From the NCBI RefSeq assembly GCF_009834535.1, contig NC_045697.1, positions 95,420,001 through 95,484,000 of the forward strand: 64,000 nt of DNA. The letters run 5' to 3'. Numbering within the stretch: the stretch's first letter is position 1; the number at the start of each line of letters is the position of its first letter. The notes beneath the pieces are model-generated. The model made no database searches. It was not told the origin of the DNA and saw only the letters and a list, made by a program, of their open reading frames with translations. Origin of the DNA: Camelus ferus (taxonomy: Eukaryota). Both the position numbers and the translations under genes were made by a program. Positions 40,499 to 53,890 of the stretch are shown one piece after another.

Positions 40499-40935
40499 AA
40501 ACAAGGGGGGAAAAATGGAAAAACATTTTTTTCTCAGGCTCACTTGCAGCTGGGTTTTGGATGTGACTAGGCTTCCCCAATTGATACACTTTTGGAAGCT
40601 TTCGATACAGAAAGTGAGATGAGGCCTTCTTCCTACTCCTGGTGATGCTGGCAAAGTTTTTACAGAGTCCTTGCATTTTCAGCAGCCCTGTCCCTTCGTT
40701 AGCTTCTTGAGAGATCAAACGTTGATTCTGCCAGTTGAGGCCCAATCCAGCAAGCAGTTTCCCCTTTTTACTTTTCTCCTTATCAAGAATTCATAATATG
40801 TCTAACAGAAACAGCTTCCTAATTCCTTGAGTTGCAACTTCTGCCGTACATTATTGAACTCCAAGTTAAAGAGGCTTCTCCCTTGGGCCTCACACTGAAC
40901 AGCAGTCTCCCAGCAACTATAACTCAATAAAAAAA
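40337..40935 (+). mobile_element. ERVL LTR (LTR33/LTR41-like) interrupted by a (TA)n microsatellite
   Basis: Starts TGTGG; 'ttctcaggctcacttgcagctggg...gatgtgactaggcttccccaattgatacact'; AATAAA near 40926. Confidence 0.5.
40451..40495. repeat. (TA)n microsatellite, about 22 units
   Basis: Perfect alternating TA run. Confidence 0.95.
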
Positions 40936-41229
40936 TTTTTTAAGAAATTACAAGTAAAAAGCTTGAATTAGATGTTCTATAATGCAGAAGTGGCACGTTA
41001 CACAAATAAGCAATGCTGTGATAGAAATAGCCCAGCTTTTTATGTTCAGAGGGGAAGAAAGATTGCCAACTTAATAAATGCAAAAAAAAAAAATAAAAGA
41101 CCATAAAAACCTATTTACTCTTGACCATTCATCTTTGAAATTAAGTAAAATTAAGAATCCAAAGACAGCACAGTATTTTAATAGCATCCTAGGAAGTCTA
41201 TGGATAGAGATAGGTCCTGATATAAACTC

Positions 41230-41805
41230 TTATCTATATTCCAGTCCTGTGGCTTAACATTCCATCTGGATGCCAAATGTATAACTTCAGCCTCAAACTC
41301 TCCTCCAGGTGCCAGACTTGCTTATTCAACTATCTGTTTGACATCTCCTTGGATGTTTGGTAGGCATCTCAAATTTAGCTAAAGCAACTATCCACCCCGA
41401 TTCTTCTGCCTCCCACATGGACTCTGCTTCAGGAAATATCACCACCATTTGCCATCTGGTGTCATCTCTCCTTTCTATTTTGTCTTTTATTCTTACCAGC
41501 AGCATCCATCTTACAAATATATATGTTTATATATATTCTAAATTTGTGCACATTTAGTCAGGTCCACTGTTACTACTCTCACCTAAGCATCATCATCCCT
41601 CCTTTGAATATTTCACAAGCCTCCTAAAAAGCCTCTCTGTTTTCCCTTTTGACCTCCATAAATCTAACCTCCATACAGAAACTAGAACAATCATAAAATA
41701 TACATCACACCACATTATTTCTCTGCTCAATAATCTCCAATCACTTGGAATGAAATAAAACTTGGAATGCAATCCAATGTGCCCTAGAAGGTCCCACCTG
41801 CTTTG
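41230..41805 (+). mobile_element. L2 fragment
   Basis: 'ccagacttgcttattcaactatctgtttgacatctccttggatgtttggtaggcatctcaaatttagc'. Confidence 0.8.
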
Positions 41806-41807
41806 CT

Positions 41808-42590
41808 AATGATAAATGATGTTGAGCATCTTTTCTGATGCTTTCTTGCCATGTGTATATCTTCTTGGGTGAGGTGTTTGTTCATATTTTTTGCCTATTT
41901 TTTAAGTGGGTTGTTTATTTACTTATATTGAATTTTAAGAATTCTTGTATATTTTGAATGCAAGTCCTTTATCAAATATATGTTTTACAAAATACAATTT
42001 TTTTTGGCAGTCTGCATCTTTTAATTCTTCTTCACAGAGCAGACACTTTTAATTTTAATAAAGTCCAATGTATCAAGTTTTTCTTTCATGGATCTTTCTT
42101 CTGATGTATCTGACAAGTCAGCACCAATCCCAAAGACACAAAGCATCTGTCTTATGTTTTCTTCTATTTATTTCGTAGTTTTGTCTTTATATTTAGATCT
42201 CTGAACCATTTAGAGTTAATTTTGTCAAAATTATAAGTTCTGTCTTTAGGTTCATTTCTTTTTTGCAAGTGGACATACAATTTTTCCAGCACCATTTGTT
42301 GAAGAGACTAATCTTTCTCCATTAAATTACCTTTGCTTCTTTGAAAAAATATTTTTGACTATATTTTTTGCTGTATATGTGTGGATCTACTTCTGGGCTG
42401 TCTACTATGTTCCATTGATCTATGTATCTATTCTTTTTTTTTTTTTAATAATGCCTTGGTGTTGTGATTACTGTAACTTTATAGTAAATTTTGAAATTGG
42501 ATAGAGTGAGTCCCCTAACTTTGTTCTTTCTTGTTGTGCTGGCTACATTAGGTTTTTTGCCTTTCCCAGTAAACTTTAGTTTGTTGATTA
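41808..42590 (-). mobile_element. L1 (L1MB/L1MC-type) ORF2 3' part, antisense
   Basis: 'aatgatgttgagcatcttttc...ccagcaccatttgttgaagagact...ttccattgatctatgt...ttactgtaactttatagtaa'. Confidence 0.88.
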
Positions 42591-44329
42591 GGTCTTAATT
42601 TATCAAACATGAGATATGTATATAAATGTTCTTATTAAAAATTCACAGTGTGACTTATTAAAATCTACCTTCTTTAAAGTTTAAAGACTGAGGAGTGAGA
42701 CACTGAATCATATTTATAAAAAACATCAAGTAAAAGAAAGTAGAAGGTAAATTTTGATACTTGTGATGCTAAGAAATCAATTTTACTTACTTGTCAAGTA
42801 AAAACATTAGAGCTGTGAATATAATTTTTAATATGTTTTACATCTATAAAATACCATTTGTACCTCGTTTCTCCTTAATCCAAAAGATATTAATTTATGA
42901 ATTAATTCACCTTTTCAGAGGTTACTGTATTTTGAACGATACTTTTTTCTGCCCCTTTTCTCTGTTACTCAATCAGATGTAGCCTGGAAAATCTTGTTCA
43001 AGTATTTTATCATTCACTTAAAATTATGAACTTAGAGTAAATGCTCCCATATGTTGCCTTTGGTTTAAATATTATTTGATTCTGTGATTTTGTAATCTGT
43101 TTATTTGCAAAACCTCACAAAACACAAGCACACACATGCAAAATAAAAATAACAAAAATGATAAACTTTTTTCCCTTACATTGAGATTTACCCTTGCTGG
43201 CTTCATATTTTTCTACATACATAATTTTCCTGTGGCTGAAAGGGAGACTCACGTAGCTACGATAAGTCAAAAATGTCATATTTGAGTTAATGGAGAGAAT
43301 CAGGATGAGATGAAAATCAGTACTTGTAAAGCTTAGTGCAAAAATGGGGATTTATAAACTGTGTGCTGAGTGTTTCATCGCCTCAAAAGAACAATGAAAA
43401 TCAAAGCATCAAGAAGGGCAGATTTCTGGAAACTGGTATGGCTCATGAGCCTCTCTTCATTTCTAGTCTTTCCTTTTGACCGTGTGGGCAGCTTCATTCA
43501 CCTTCTCCAATTTTCTTCTCACTGTACTGACATCATCACTCATCTGCCTGCCTAGCAAACAAAAATAGAGGGACAAATTTTTTTTCCAAAAACAATTTTT
43601 AAAGGTTCAAAAGAAAGATTGTAATTTCTCAGCTTTGATTTTTTTTTTTTTCATGTTTTAATTGATGGGGGAGTGAGGGTTTTCCAACTTTCACTGTGCC
43701 TCCAGCTCCAGGTACAGAGTCTGGACAAACAGAAGAAAGTAATAGGTTCTGGGAAGAGCAAAACAAACATCAACTGTCGAATTAAATAAAAGGATGCTGC
43801 ATATTGATTCCTCATTTTCCAACGTATAACTAAAATTACAGAGTCTCATATTAAGAAAAGTAATACTTGAAAAAAATGTGTGTTTTCTTTAGAACATACT
43901 CTTTAATGTTAAATGTAGCAATAGCTCTCCTGGTTTTGTCTGCCCTCTTTGTCCATGAAAACTTTAATAGCACAAGATTAGTGCTCCCTAATGAATGGTG
44001 TTCTCACTGTTAAGTATCTCATCTATCTTTCTGAAATTTCTAACATAGGAATCATCACGTTTTCAGTCATCTACAAGTCCTAGATCTCAAGTTTCATAAG
44101 AATGTTGTCCTAGGTGATCATTAGAGTGAGTGTGCCCTATGAAATACTGAATTTCAATTATTCTAACTGTAGGTGTTCTAATATATTTATAATTTCATTA
44201 CTCATTTTCAACAAACATGACTGTCAAGTCCTTAAATTTGTATTACCAAACTTTCAAAGTATCAGTCATTTTCAACAGAATTTATCTACACACTATACGT
44301 TAAATCCTTTGTATTTCTGAATTTTGTAA

Positions 44330-44625
44330 AGAGCCATATCTTTCTCCCATTATTATGAAAAATTAATCATTATTCAAAGTTTCATTCAGGTATTACCTTT
44401 CTCTAGCTAAATAATGCTGATATTCTCCAGGCTCATATTATGTCCTCCTGGAGTATATTTTTTTCCATTTCTTTCATGGCATTCTTTATTCTTTCCTTTC
44501 ATTAAATTTATTGTATTCCTGTCTTATCTTTCATGTCAAATTTAAATAAGATATATGCAAATACAAGACCATTTATGTCTTTGTATTCAAAATATGGCCT
44601 TCCAAAATATGGGAAATGAATAAAT
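44330..44625 (+). mobile_element. L2 3' end, decayed
   Basis: Ends 'aaatatgggaaatgaataaattaa', preceded by 'caagaccatttatgtctttgtattc'. Confidence 0.45.
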
Positions 44626-45784
44626 TAACAAATGCTTCCTTGCATTCAGTTTTAAAAGATTTTTCAATAATGAAGTCACTTGTGTTAATGACAGAATCAA
44701 ATGAATTGCAAAAGAGAAGGAATGCCAGGGCTGAAATTCTTAATCATTTGGGTCCATTCCCTGCATTGATAAAATGTTCAGTAATAATAGTGTTCCATCT
44801 TTTATAGTTGCCACACTCTATCTTTAAATATTAACTCAAATATCTCAACAGGTAGAAAGCAAATCATCCCTAGGTGAGCAGGATTCAAAGACCCTGACCC
44901 TACATGCTCAGTCTTCAATTCTTCAGTATGGTGTGACCCACTGAACTCTGGACTCCTCAAGATAAGATAGATGAGTCATTCATTGCACATTTTTCAAAAT
45001 AATTGCTAATTGTAAGTGTATTACTATCTCTGTGGGTGAATGTTGATAACAAGGCAAAAGTCAGTTTTTAGTTGCTTGCTGCAATGATATCTGAAGTGTC
45101 TTTAGTCCCTGAATTAGGGGACATCATAGTACAAGAGGCAGCAATAAAACAAACAGTATGTGTTTGTACCTAGTATTTTTTAATAAAACTTTAATGACCA
45201 TATGCTTTTAGTACACTAAATCTAATTTTCTGATACAGTACTTTCTGTTGCTGGCAGCAAAGGATGGAAATTGTCTGCTCAGGCTTTAAAATAGCTGAAA
45301 AGTTGATGAGACAAAACTATGTAGTGCACTAGAAGCATATGTAAAGGGTTAGATTCATTATGATATAAATTTGCTAAGAGCATAGAAGTTGAAAACTTTT
45401 GTGTAGGAATTAATACATCAAAATTCTGTTGCTAGTGCTTTGTGGCAAATCCTACTCTTACTAGACTGTTTTTGTCTCTATGTCAATTTTTTTTTAAAGT
45501 TAATTTTTAAAAGCATGTATTATTCAGTCCTAAATCATTTTATTGTCTATATCATAAAACAATTTTATCTTGACTATAAATACCTTCTACTATTTAAGCC
45601 TAGCGTGTTAGGCTTCTAAGCCTTTCATGATTCTGTTCTGGTTCTTGAAATGGAAGTGTTCTCAGTAAGAGACAATATAATTACAAAATTTCATATCTGA
45701 TGTATTTTATATATATTTATACATATGATTCTTTTAGCCTAGATGAATCATATTTCAAGAAAAATATTGTTTTTAAAACTAGAC

Positions 45785-45973
45785 CAGGATTTCTTAACCT
45801 CAGAACTACTGAAATTTGGGGCCAAATTATTCTGTGTTGTGGGAGGCTGTGCTGTCTGTATGTTGTACCTGGTAGGATGTGTGGCCTCTGTTTACTAGAT
45901 GTGAGTAGCATGTACCCACTTTCCTACCCTTTCTCTGTCCTGGGGGTAAAATCACCCTCAGCTGTTAGTACTA
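45785..45973 (+). mobile_element. MER20 hAT-Charlie DNA transposon (MITE)
   Basis: 'caggatttcttaacctcagaactactgaaatttggggccaaattattctgtgttgtggg...tggcctctgtttactagatg...cctgggggtaaaatcaccc'; perfect 8-bp TSD AACTAGAC at 45777-45784 and 45974-45981. Confidence 0.9.
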
Positions 45974-46534
45974 AACTAGACCAATAGAAAAATCACTTAC
46001 CTTAGGAAAATTACCTATATTAGCAAAATTGCTTTTATATTCATAAAATATTCAACATTTTATATTAATCTCTAATAGTTCTATACATTTATGTTCCAAC
46101 TTATAACCCTTTAAGCCAGTGTAAATTGGTAATTTTTGATTAGCCCAGTGTTCTCTTTTTGTTCGATCTAAATAATTTAATATGACACAGCAGAATTAAG
46201 ATCGGCTCTCCAGAACAATGCTCAGAAAGCTGCTTCTCTTCTAACCTGTGCACTCTTGACTACAAGTATAAGCTTAGTTTATAAGTAAAATACTAGAGAA
46301 AGTTGCTTTGACTCAGGTGTTTGTAAAAGCAAATTGTGACTAAGCCCACATTACTAACTATAGTTTTCCAAATGTGTGTCTTTCAGTAATGTACTCTGTA
46401 GTCTTAATATTAAATTCAGTCCCTTTCACTGAGGAATTGGTTAAACCATAAGTATGGTAGGAATAAGAGAAATGTTACAATCCTGGTTCTTCCAGACTTT
46501 TATTTATTTTCTTGTACATTATTATGTTATCTTT

Positions 46535-46782
46535 GGGGTTTTTTTGTGTATATATCTGTGTGTGTATATATATATTTTTAAATTTAAGTGTAGTCAGTTT
46601 ACAATGTTGTGTCAATTTCTGGTGTACAGCACAATGCTTCAGTCATACATGGACATACATATATTAATTTTCATATTCTTTTTCACCATAAGTTACTACA
46701 AGATATTGAATATAGTTCTCTGTGCTATACAAGTATGAACTTGTTGTTTATCTATTTTATATATATATTAGTATCTGCAAAA
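46535..46782 (-). mobile_element. Young L1 3' end, same family as 37035-37495
   Basis: 'gtagtcagtttacaatgttgtgtcaatttctggtgtacagcacaatgcttcagtcatac...attagtatctgcaaa'; tail partly converted to TG/TA repeats. Confidence 0.9.
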
Positions 46783-46874
46783 ATTGGTCTTATGGTGTCT
46801 CATTCCTCATATTTTTCTTTTCTTAATAGCTGAGTCTTTATATCAGAGACCCTATGTATTGATTTTATGAACAG

Positions 46875-47105
46875 CAGAAAAAAACTTTGCTTCAATTTCT
46901 AGCTCTTCCATTTACTAGTTGGGCAACCCTCAGTAATCCATTTAATCTCTTTAAGGTTCAGTTTCTTTCTTCATTTGTGGGGAAAAAATAAGGACATTAT
47001 TAGTTTGGTTTAAAAAGTGTGTGATTAAAAACTAATATATTTAAGATGCTTTGGACTTTGCTGGCACAAAGCAAGTGTCCTATAAATGTTAGCTGCTTAT
47101 TATAG
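46875..47105 (+). mobile_element. MIR SINE
   Basis: 'ttcaatttctagctcttccatttactagttgggcaaccctcag...tttaatctct...cagtttc...ctggcacaaagcaagtg...aaatgttagctg'. Confidence 0.8.
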
Positions 47106-47348
47106 TCATTCTTATAATAAAAACTTTTATGCAAACAAAGTTTTTAGTTTTACTTACAGACCAATATTTCAAAATATAGAGCTAGCTATCGTTTTAACTA
47201 CTGTCTAACTTTAGACAGGCTTTTGAAATGTCAGCTTTTAAAGATGTACCTTCTCTTCGTATGAACTTTCTGAAAAAGGAATATTGACAACCGTGCATTT
47301 TGGAAAACACACTGTGCCCATATACTGCCTTTGCTCCCTTTTTTTCAG

Positions 47349-47400
47349 AACAAAAACTTCCAGGATGATAGAGACGGAAAGCCTTGTCCACTGTGTAAAA
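47349..47400 (+). other. Candidate small exon (52 nt)
   Basis: Acceptor 'ctgcctttgctccctttttttcag', donor AAA|GTTAGT; two frames open (NKNFQDDRDGKPCPLCK or TKTSRMIETESLVHCVK). Confidence 0.25.
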
Positions 47401-48039
47401 GTTAGTGATTCTACCATTTTATGTGTAGAATCATACCTCTTGGGTTTTGCTGTTTATTACCTTACGGGGTAACCTGAGATGGTTTTATGTTTAATGCAAC
47501 TTTCAATGTCTTTAAAATATTTTGTGGGAAAAAATGAATGTATCAGGATAACTATTAGGGGCAAATATTAAATTTAGAAAGATAAAAAAGAGAGATTAGG
47601 ATTTGGATTAATAGTAAAGATATCAGTGGAACTCACTGTTTTTTGCTATGAGGTAAACAGATGAAGTAGAATATTTCAAAAGAGACAGATGAGTCTGAAA
47701 GAAGAAATTTTAAAAAAGTAAGCTGTATAGAAGCATAGGAACAAATTTTTATGGCCAGAAATACACAGCTACTTTAGTAGATTAAGTGAAAGCATGGGTT
47801 AAAATAAAATATAGAAGGATGCACATTGTGACCACATCACATCTTCTTGGGCAGAATTTACTGTGTAGATTGTACAGAAGCTTTGCTGTTCATTTAATTA
47901 TATTATTTATTGACTGCATATAAAAATCTTGATGAAAATGGTAATGCCATACTTAAGCTCTTTGTCATGATAATCACTTATTGATAGGATTTAGAAATAT
48001 TTAAAATAGCCATTTATTTCTGTATTATTTGTGAGTGTT

Positions 48040-48690
48040 TGAGTTCATTCATTTATTCATTCACTCAAAAATAAGTCAATCAAATATTATATATAAATAC
48101 CAATAAGTTCTGTGGAGAAAGATAGATCAGCAGTAAAAAATAGCATTTGTGAGAGTTTTGTAAATTAAATGAGATCACCTCATGGATAAGGTGAAATATC
48201 AATAAGGACTGGAGATTGTAAGGGTGAGAACATTCAAGGCAGCAAGACTTGTATGTGCAAAGGTCCTGAGGCAAAACTATCCAAGGAGGTCAGAATGCTA
48301 GAAGGAGCATGGTGGCAAATAATCAATAAAAGATCAGAATTATAACAGAATGTAGAGGAAATTGTAGGCCATTTTAGCAGCTTCAAGTTTTACTCCAGAT
48401 GAGGAGGAAAGCCATTACAGAATTTAAAACAACGAAGTGGCACACTCTAAATTATATTTTAACATACACAGGCAAAAATGAAAGCAGAGAGGTCATTTAA
48501 CAGTCTGGGCTACAATCCAGTTTAGATATAAATTTTGGTAGCAGCAGAGAAGTGGTCAGATTTTAGATAAATTTTGAAATTGTATCAGCATGATTCCCTG
48601 ACCATCTCAACTGAGGAAGAGATTATTTGAAAGACAGAGAGCCAATGTGGATGTGGACATGCTGTATCTTGGATGCTTGGTGATAAAGAG
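48040..48690 (-). mobile_element. L2, antisense
   Basis: 'ttcattcatttattcattcactc...gaacattcaaggcag...gtgcaaaggtcctgaggc...gagaagtggtcagatttt'. Confidence 0.8.
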
Positions 48691-48789
48691 AAAGATGTAA
48701 CATATATAAAAGTACATAAAATTGAGAGATACGTTACAGATAGGAAAAATAAATACTATAATGAAGTAAGCACTGTATATATAATTTGA

Positions 48790-50560
48790 TAAATAGATTT
48801 GATTGAATTTTAATATAGATCTTAAAAGTTCTGAAAAATTTGACAAGCTGATTCTAAAATTTATATGGAAGAACAAAATAGATGCAAAGTCAACATACTT
48901 GAAAAGATAAACAAATGATGATATGTATTTTAGGATATCGAAAGCTGAAAATAAAATTATAGACATTACTACAAAGGGACATTGGTATATGAACATAAAA
49001 ATATACTAATAGAACATAAAAATAAAGAAACATGACCATATGGAAAATTTCTGAGACAGAACTAGTATTGCATCTAAGTTGGGAAATCAGTGACTACTGA
49101 TAGCCTGTGGGAACTGGTTATCCATAAAGAATCACATTAAATTGGATTCCTACCTCATACCAGATGCAAAACTCAATTAAAATTTAAATGAGAAAATCGA
49201 AATAGGTAAATATCTCTTAACTTAGGTTGGAAAATGTTTTTTAATTAAAATGCAAAAAATGTAAAACCATTAAAAAAGATTGGTGAATTCTACACATTCA
49301 AATTAAAAATATGTTTATCAATAAAATATAATAAACTCATAAAGACAAGTCATAAAATAAAGAGGATATTTGAAAGAAAAATAATTCACAAAGGACTAAT
49401 ATTCAATTTGTATGAAGAACAATAAATCAAGAGAGACAAACCACCTAATAAAGTCACGGGCAAGAGAAATAGGTGCTTTAGCGACATGTGAGCAGGGCAG
49501 GCCTATATATATGAAAAGACATTTCATCTCATTATTAATCTGTAAAGTACAAATAAAAACCACAATGAAGTATGTATTTAGAGCATCTCAATTCCAAGTG
49601 CTGGCGGGGATATGCAGGAGTGTAAACATTTATGCATTGCTAGTAGAGTATAATTTGTTCAGTCACATTGGAATCTAATAAAAATGAAAATACATGTTAA
49701 ATAAATACTCAATATTTTAAAATATTATTTACATGTATATTAAGAAATATTTAAGACGTCACAATAGTAAAACAACACAAGCAACATTTTTAAAACTCCT
49801 GTAACTAATTAAATGTCCACCAAAATCATAGAATAAATAATTTATGTAGTTTGATAAAATGGTTATTACACAACTCTGAAAAATGAATGAACCAGAGCAG
49901 GTGTGAGCAAACTTTTTCTGTAAAAGGCCAAATGGGAAATATTTTAGGCTTTGAGAACTACATATGTTCTCTGTTGTATACACTTTTTTTCCCCAAAACT
50001 TTAAAATATATTAAAAAACAAAAAGGTTTTTTAGCTAATGGGCTAAAAAAAAAAGTGGGTTCCAGATTTTTCCATTGGCCATAGTTTGCTGAGCACTAAA
50101 CTAAAGATACAAAAGTGAATCTCACAAATATGCACTGAGAAAACAAAAAAAGCAAGCAAGTGATGTCAGAATAAATATTGCATCATATTGGATACATTGT
50201 ATATAAGATTATAAATATTCTATTGTATAATAATCAATATTATTATATTTGAAGTTCAGAAATAAAGACAAAATATTGCTTAGGATTTCATAAATATATG
50301 TTATATGTCTTTTAAAAAGGCATATATGGTAAACACAAAATTTAAAGCAAAGCTTACCTCTGAAGAGGGGAAAGCAGTTATATTCACAAGTGGCACCTGG
50401 AAGATGCTTACATCATTGGAAATGTTCCTTTTGTAAGGTTATATTTTCAGTACATAGGTGTGCATGTTTTTTATACAGTAAAAACAATATATAGACATTT
50501 TATAAATAGTTTGTATGCATTTAATGTTTAGCTTAATGTTTATATAAATGTGAGTGAAAA
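48790..50560 (+). mobile_element. Old L1 (L1MC/ME) ORF2 end and 3' UTR, interrupted by MER58
   Basis: 'tgacaagctgattctaaaatttatatggaag', 'ttggattcctacctcataccag', 'aaagtacaaataaaaaccacaatga'. Confidence 0.82.
49898..50098 (+). mobile_element. MER58-family hAT-Charlie MITE nested in L1
   Basis: 'caggtgtgagcaaactttttctgtaaaaggccaaat...aaatattttaggctttg' and end 'ggccatagtttgctgagcact'; degenerate 8-bp TSD AACCAGAG/AACTAAAG. Confidence 0.85.
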
Positions 50561-50689
50561 ATGATTGATAGATAAATACCAGAGATACTGTAGTTTGAAA
50601 CCAGATATTTATAAATGGTTGGACTACTTGAGTCCTTTTTCCCTGCTCATCACACCTGCATATGAATGGAAATTAATGTGTAAATATAC

Positions 50690-51250
50690 TCAGATCTCTA
50701 CATTCAAGACAAAGGTCTGATGCAAACTATACAAATTTAGAAGAAACATTCAACTGATGCTTCCAACTAGTCCTATATTTTAAAATTGTGATCAAACTAC
50801 TAAGCATCAGGAGATGTTTAAGGATAACAGCATGAAAGAGATAATAGCATTAAAGAGAAAAACAGATGAGGAAAAACAAATCTGACAATGTGGAAACATC
50901 CCGTGGTTACGCTCAGAGAGTTTGCAGCGGAGATTTCAGTTCTTAGCACAGAACACGCTTGCTATGAAAATGAAATAATCAGAAAACTTAACATTTTTAT
51001 TGGAAATTTAAAATATTATATTAGGAATTGAAATTGGCTATAGACTTAGGATTTTATAAGAAGGTAAAATTGATTAATTTTTTATTGTAGAGCCCAAAAA
51101 TGAGTGAGATGGAAACTATTTGAGAAAAATTGGATTCTAGTTTAGAAGGTGATGATTTTCAATTTATAACTGTGCTAGAACTAGAGGATAAGCACAATTC
51201 AAGGGAGGAAATTATCAAGGATATAATTAAGAATAATCTCAATGCCCAAT
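50690..51250 (+). mobile_element. Ancient L1/HAL1 ORF1-like remnant
   Basis: 'cttgctatgaaaatgaaataatcagaaaac...ttggaaatttaaaatatt...ggaggaaattatcaaggatataatta'. Confidence 0.5.
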
Positions 51251-51739
51251 TGGTAGTTTTTTTCTTTTTGGTCATGGCGACCTGATTTTCCTTTGCAAGA
51301 GTCTATTGTGACTATTAATCATGATGACATGCCCCTTCACCCTAGGTTAGGGTTAGGCGTGTGATTCAAGAAAAACTAATTAAATATTTCTCCTGTTTTT
51401 AAGTATGTCAATTTTTAAGCCTTCCTGCATACCCTGTGAGTTGCTAAGTGTCCCCAGTTACTGTTTTGTTTTTCTTTTTGAGTAAGTTTAGCACTTACCA
51501 TTACTTAACTTGAGAAAATCTTTAGAGAATTTTCCTCAAAAATATTTGAAATGGAACTATGTGTATTCTAATAAAGACCAAAAAAAGTCTCATTTTCATG
51601 GAAACATTGGTTTTTGCAGTGTTTTCTCAGACTGTATTTTAAGTTGAGCTACTTTATGTCGAAAGAAATGATTACTCAGATTAATGGATTTAATCTTTCC
51701 ATTAAAGTAAAATGTGGCTCAGTTACCCTGGTTCATTCT

Positions 51740-53310
51740 GATTCTCCTACAGTCTCTCTAGTAATTTTTCTCAGTCTCTATATTTGTTGCAGTTACAGTT
51801 ATATGGCCAGTCATTTTCATCCCCTGATCCCAAAGGTGTCCTTGGATCTCTTTTCTTTTGTGGTTCCACTAACTGTCCAGATGATCTCATTTGGTCACAT
51901 GCTTTAAACAGCATCAATGCCTTGATGAAAAGTAAATTACATCCTCAGCTTGTACCTCTCTTTTGAACTTCAGACTGAATCCCAAATGCAGTCTTGACAC
52001 TCCACTTGCAAAATATATAACAGGCATCCCACACTTAACATGCCCAAAACCAAGCAGCTAATTTCTTCTCTTCTTTCAAATCTGAACTCAACCAACCTTC
52101 TATTTTTTAGTTGTTCTGCCCAAATCTTGAAGTTGTTTTTGTCTTCAGTGTTATTGCACGTCTCTACATCTAATGTACATCAAACCCTGAACACACAGCC
52201 AGAACCCACCTAGTTCACATTCTAGTTGCCATCATATCTTGCATAGAATTTCAAAAGAACTGTCTAACTGCACTTCCTGTTTCTAAACCTGCCTTGCCAG
52301 TGATCAGTCTATAGACAATACAGCAGACAAGGCAATATTTTAAAAATATAACAAAATCTTATTACTCAACAGTTTAAAACTCACCACTAGCTTCCACTAA
52401 CTTCACAACACTTTCCAAATAAAAACCATTGTCCTTACAAAGGCAATTAAACCCAAAGGATCTGCCCATCACTTCCATCTCCTACCCTTATTGACTAAGC
52501 TTACTCAGCTTTGGACACTGGCTTTGTTACCGAGTCCAGACTCATTCTTCTCGCCGCACAACAGGCCAGTAAATGGGGAGATGAGTTACTGGGACAAGGA
52601 ATAGCGACTTGATTCAGAAAGCTGGCAGACCGAGAGGAGGGCAGACTAATGTCTTAGAGAACCATCCTCCCCTAGTCAGAATACAGGCTCCTTTTATAAT
52701 GAAAAAGGGGAGGGGGTGTGGTTGGTTGTTGCAAACTTCTTGGTGTAGGAATTCTTTGTTCTTGCAGCTGTCCACGTGGGCCAGCTCATGGTGCTCCTGC
52801 AAAACCTCCAACAAAACAAATGTTATTTTCTATTCTGCAACTTGTTACCTTTACGTGAAGACTAAGCCTAGAAAACCGGGTGCAGTGTTAAAGCCAAAGG
52901 AATGGATCTAATGTGGAGTCATATTTGTTCCTTTCTATTACAGGTTCATTATTCTTCTAATGCTTTGGGCCTGAGACTTGGAGTCTGCTTTTATCTTTTG
53001 TAATGTCTTTACTCCGGCTGCCTTCCTGGATAACTCCCTCACTTCTAGTTCTTTCCTCAAATATCCTGCTTTCAATGGTCACTAGAAAAAGTATAACTTT
53101 TTCCACCCTTTCCAGGCAGTCTCCAAACTCTTTACTCCCAAGCCTCTTATTACCATTTACTTCATGTATAATTACTCACTTCCTCTTTTATTGCCTGTTT
53201 CCTCATTCTAGAATGTAGGTTCTATATTGGGATGGATTTTTGTATTCTATTCATTGCTCATTCTAGGCACTTAAAATCACCATTTCATTGTGGAACAAGT
53301 AATGAAGGAA
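51740..53310 (+). mobile_element. L2 element split by an ERV LTR insertion
   Basis: 'gatctcatttggtcacatgctttaaa...caggcatcccacacttaacatgcccaaaac' before and 'ctagaatgtaggttcta...ggatttttgt...ttcattgct' after the LTR. Confidence 0.75.
52525..52942 (-). mobile_element. ERV1 solo LTR
   Basis: TGTTACC...TATTACA termini; flanks GCTT/GGTT (4-bp TSD, one mismatch); TTTTATA at 52692-52698 reads TATAAAA on minus; several CpGs retained. Confidence 0.85.
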
Positions 53311-53890
53311 TAGGTAGCTTGATCTAACATTATTTTTTCAGTATCTGCATGTTAGTCTGTCAGAAATAATAAATAAAAGTAAAAATTTCTAGTTCTATCT
53401 CTTTTTAAAAACTGAAAAATTATGTCACTGTAATAATTAAGTAAACATTGTTATTGGTCAATGGTTTTTAAACATTAGTAACTTACTTGGAATCATAAAT
53501 AATTTGTATGCAAATAAAATGTTAAATGAAAAATACATGGGAATTCAATACAATCTCATAACAAAGTTCACTGAGAGTGTGATTTTCACCCAAGTCATAA
53601 GACATTGGTCAGTGCTATTTAATGATGTAGATTATCAGTTTGAAAATTGATTCATGTTTTTATCCAATTACTGACTTCATGAGAGATTCTGATCATTTTA
53701 TTTAATCTAGACATTATCAGATTTATTATGCACCAAGACACTTAATTTTTCTCCTAAAACATAGCATGTAAATGATGATATTATATATTCATGAGATATG
53801 TTGAATTTTTCTTAGAAAGACTATAAAAACAGTTGAAGAAATATTTTTAGGGGCACAAGATGGCTGAGCATATGTTCTAGCAAAAAAAGA

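Noticed and set aside
40385..40745. ORFs with YIYIYI runs (also 55525-55728, 19031-19425)
   Set aside because: Translations of (TA)n/(CA)n microsatellites.
51339..51358. Telomere-like TTAGGGTTAGG
   Set aside because: Fewer than two full units; expected by chance.
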